From contig CM022679.1 of assembly GCA_012295275.1 (NCBI GenBank), positions 19,468,001-19,532,000 of the forward strand: a stretch of DNA of 64,000 bases. Direction: 5' to 3'. The position numbers and the translations under genes were made by a program. Under the pieces are notes generated by a model. That model was not told where the DNA came from. It ran no database searches and saw nothing but the letters and a program-made list of their open reading frames with translations. Below, piece by piece: positions 1 to 64,000 of the stretch; the stretch's first letter is position 1, and each line of letters starts with the position of its first letter. This DNA is from Chrysomallon squamiferum. Lineage: Eukaryota > Animalia > Mollusca.

Positions 1-251
1 TTTTTTTAATATTTTCAAATGCGTGTACATATGTATTTTTGTTTTCAGTATTTTTATTACTGTAGAATAAACAGAATTGATTTGATGATATCTACATATA
101 TTGTTACATAGACAGTTATTGCATTTTAGGGTTGATTATTAAAGCTGTAGTCATTCTATGTACTAATGCTTCTAAGAGCAAGGTCTGTGACTTTGAATGG
201 CAGGGTTTTAGCTGGAATAGCAAACTTCCCAGAGCATGCCGATGTGATTAC

Positions 252-63993
<63,742 letters not shown>

Positions 63994-64000
63994 CTAAGAC

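Overview
AT-rich, microsatellite-dense eukaryotic (animal) genomic DNA. It looks mollusc/cephalopod-like, but that is an inference. The whole window lies inside one minus-strand, multi-exon gene encoding a giant cadherin-repeat protein. Reading the splice sites by hand gives 119 exons (E1 63808-63993 to E119 252-398), all phase 0, totalling about 19.06 kb of coding sequence (about 6,350 aa). That equals 60 extracellular cadherin (EC) repeat units. No start, signal peptide, transmembrane segment or stop lies in the window. Exons alternate between a long class (174-204 nt: F-G strands, linker, A-B strands) and a short class (120-174 nt: C-E strands); one 330-nt exon fuses the two. The repeats are non-canonical: RN/RD-xx-P replaces DxNDNxP and there is no LDRE. 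They show a two-domain super-repeat and an 18-domain long-range internal duplication. Three GC-AG introns and several intronic mini/microsatellites are present. Most ORF-track entries are single exons with intron read-through or antisense shadows.
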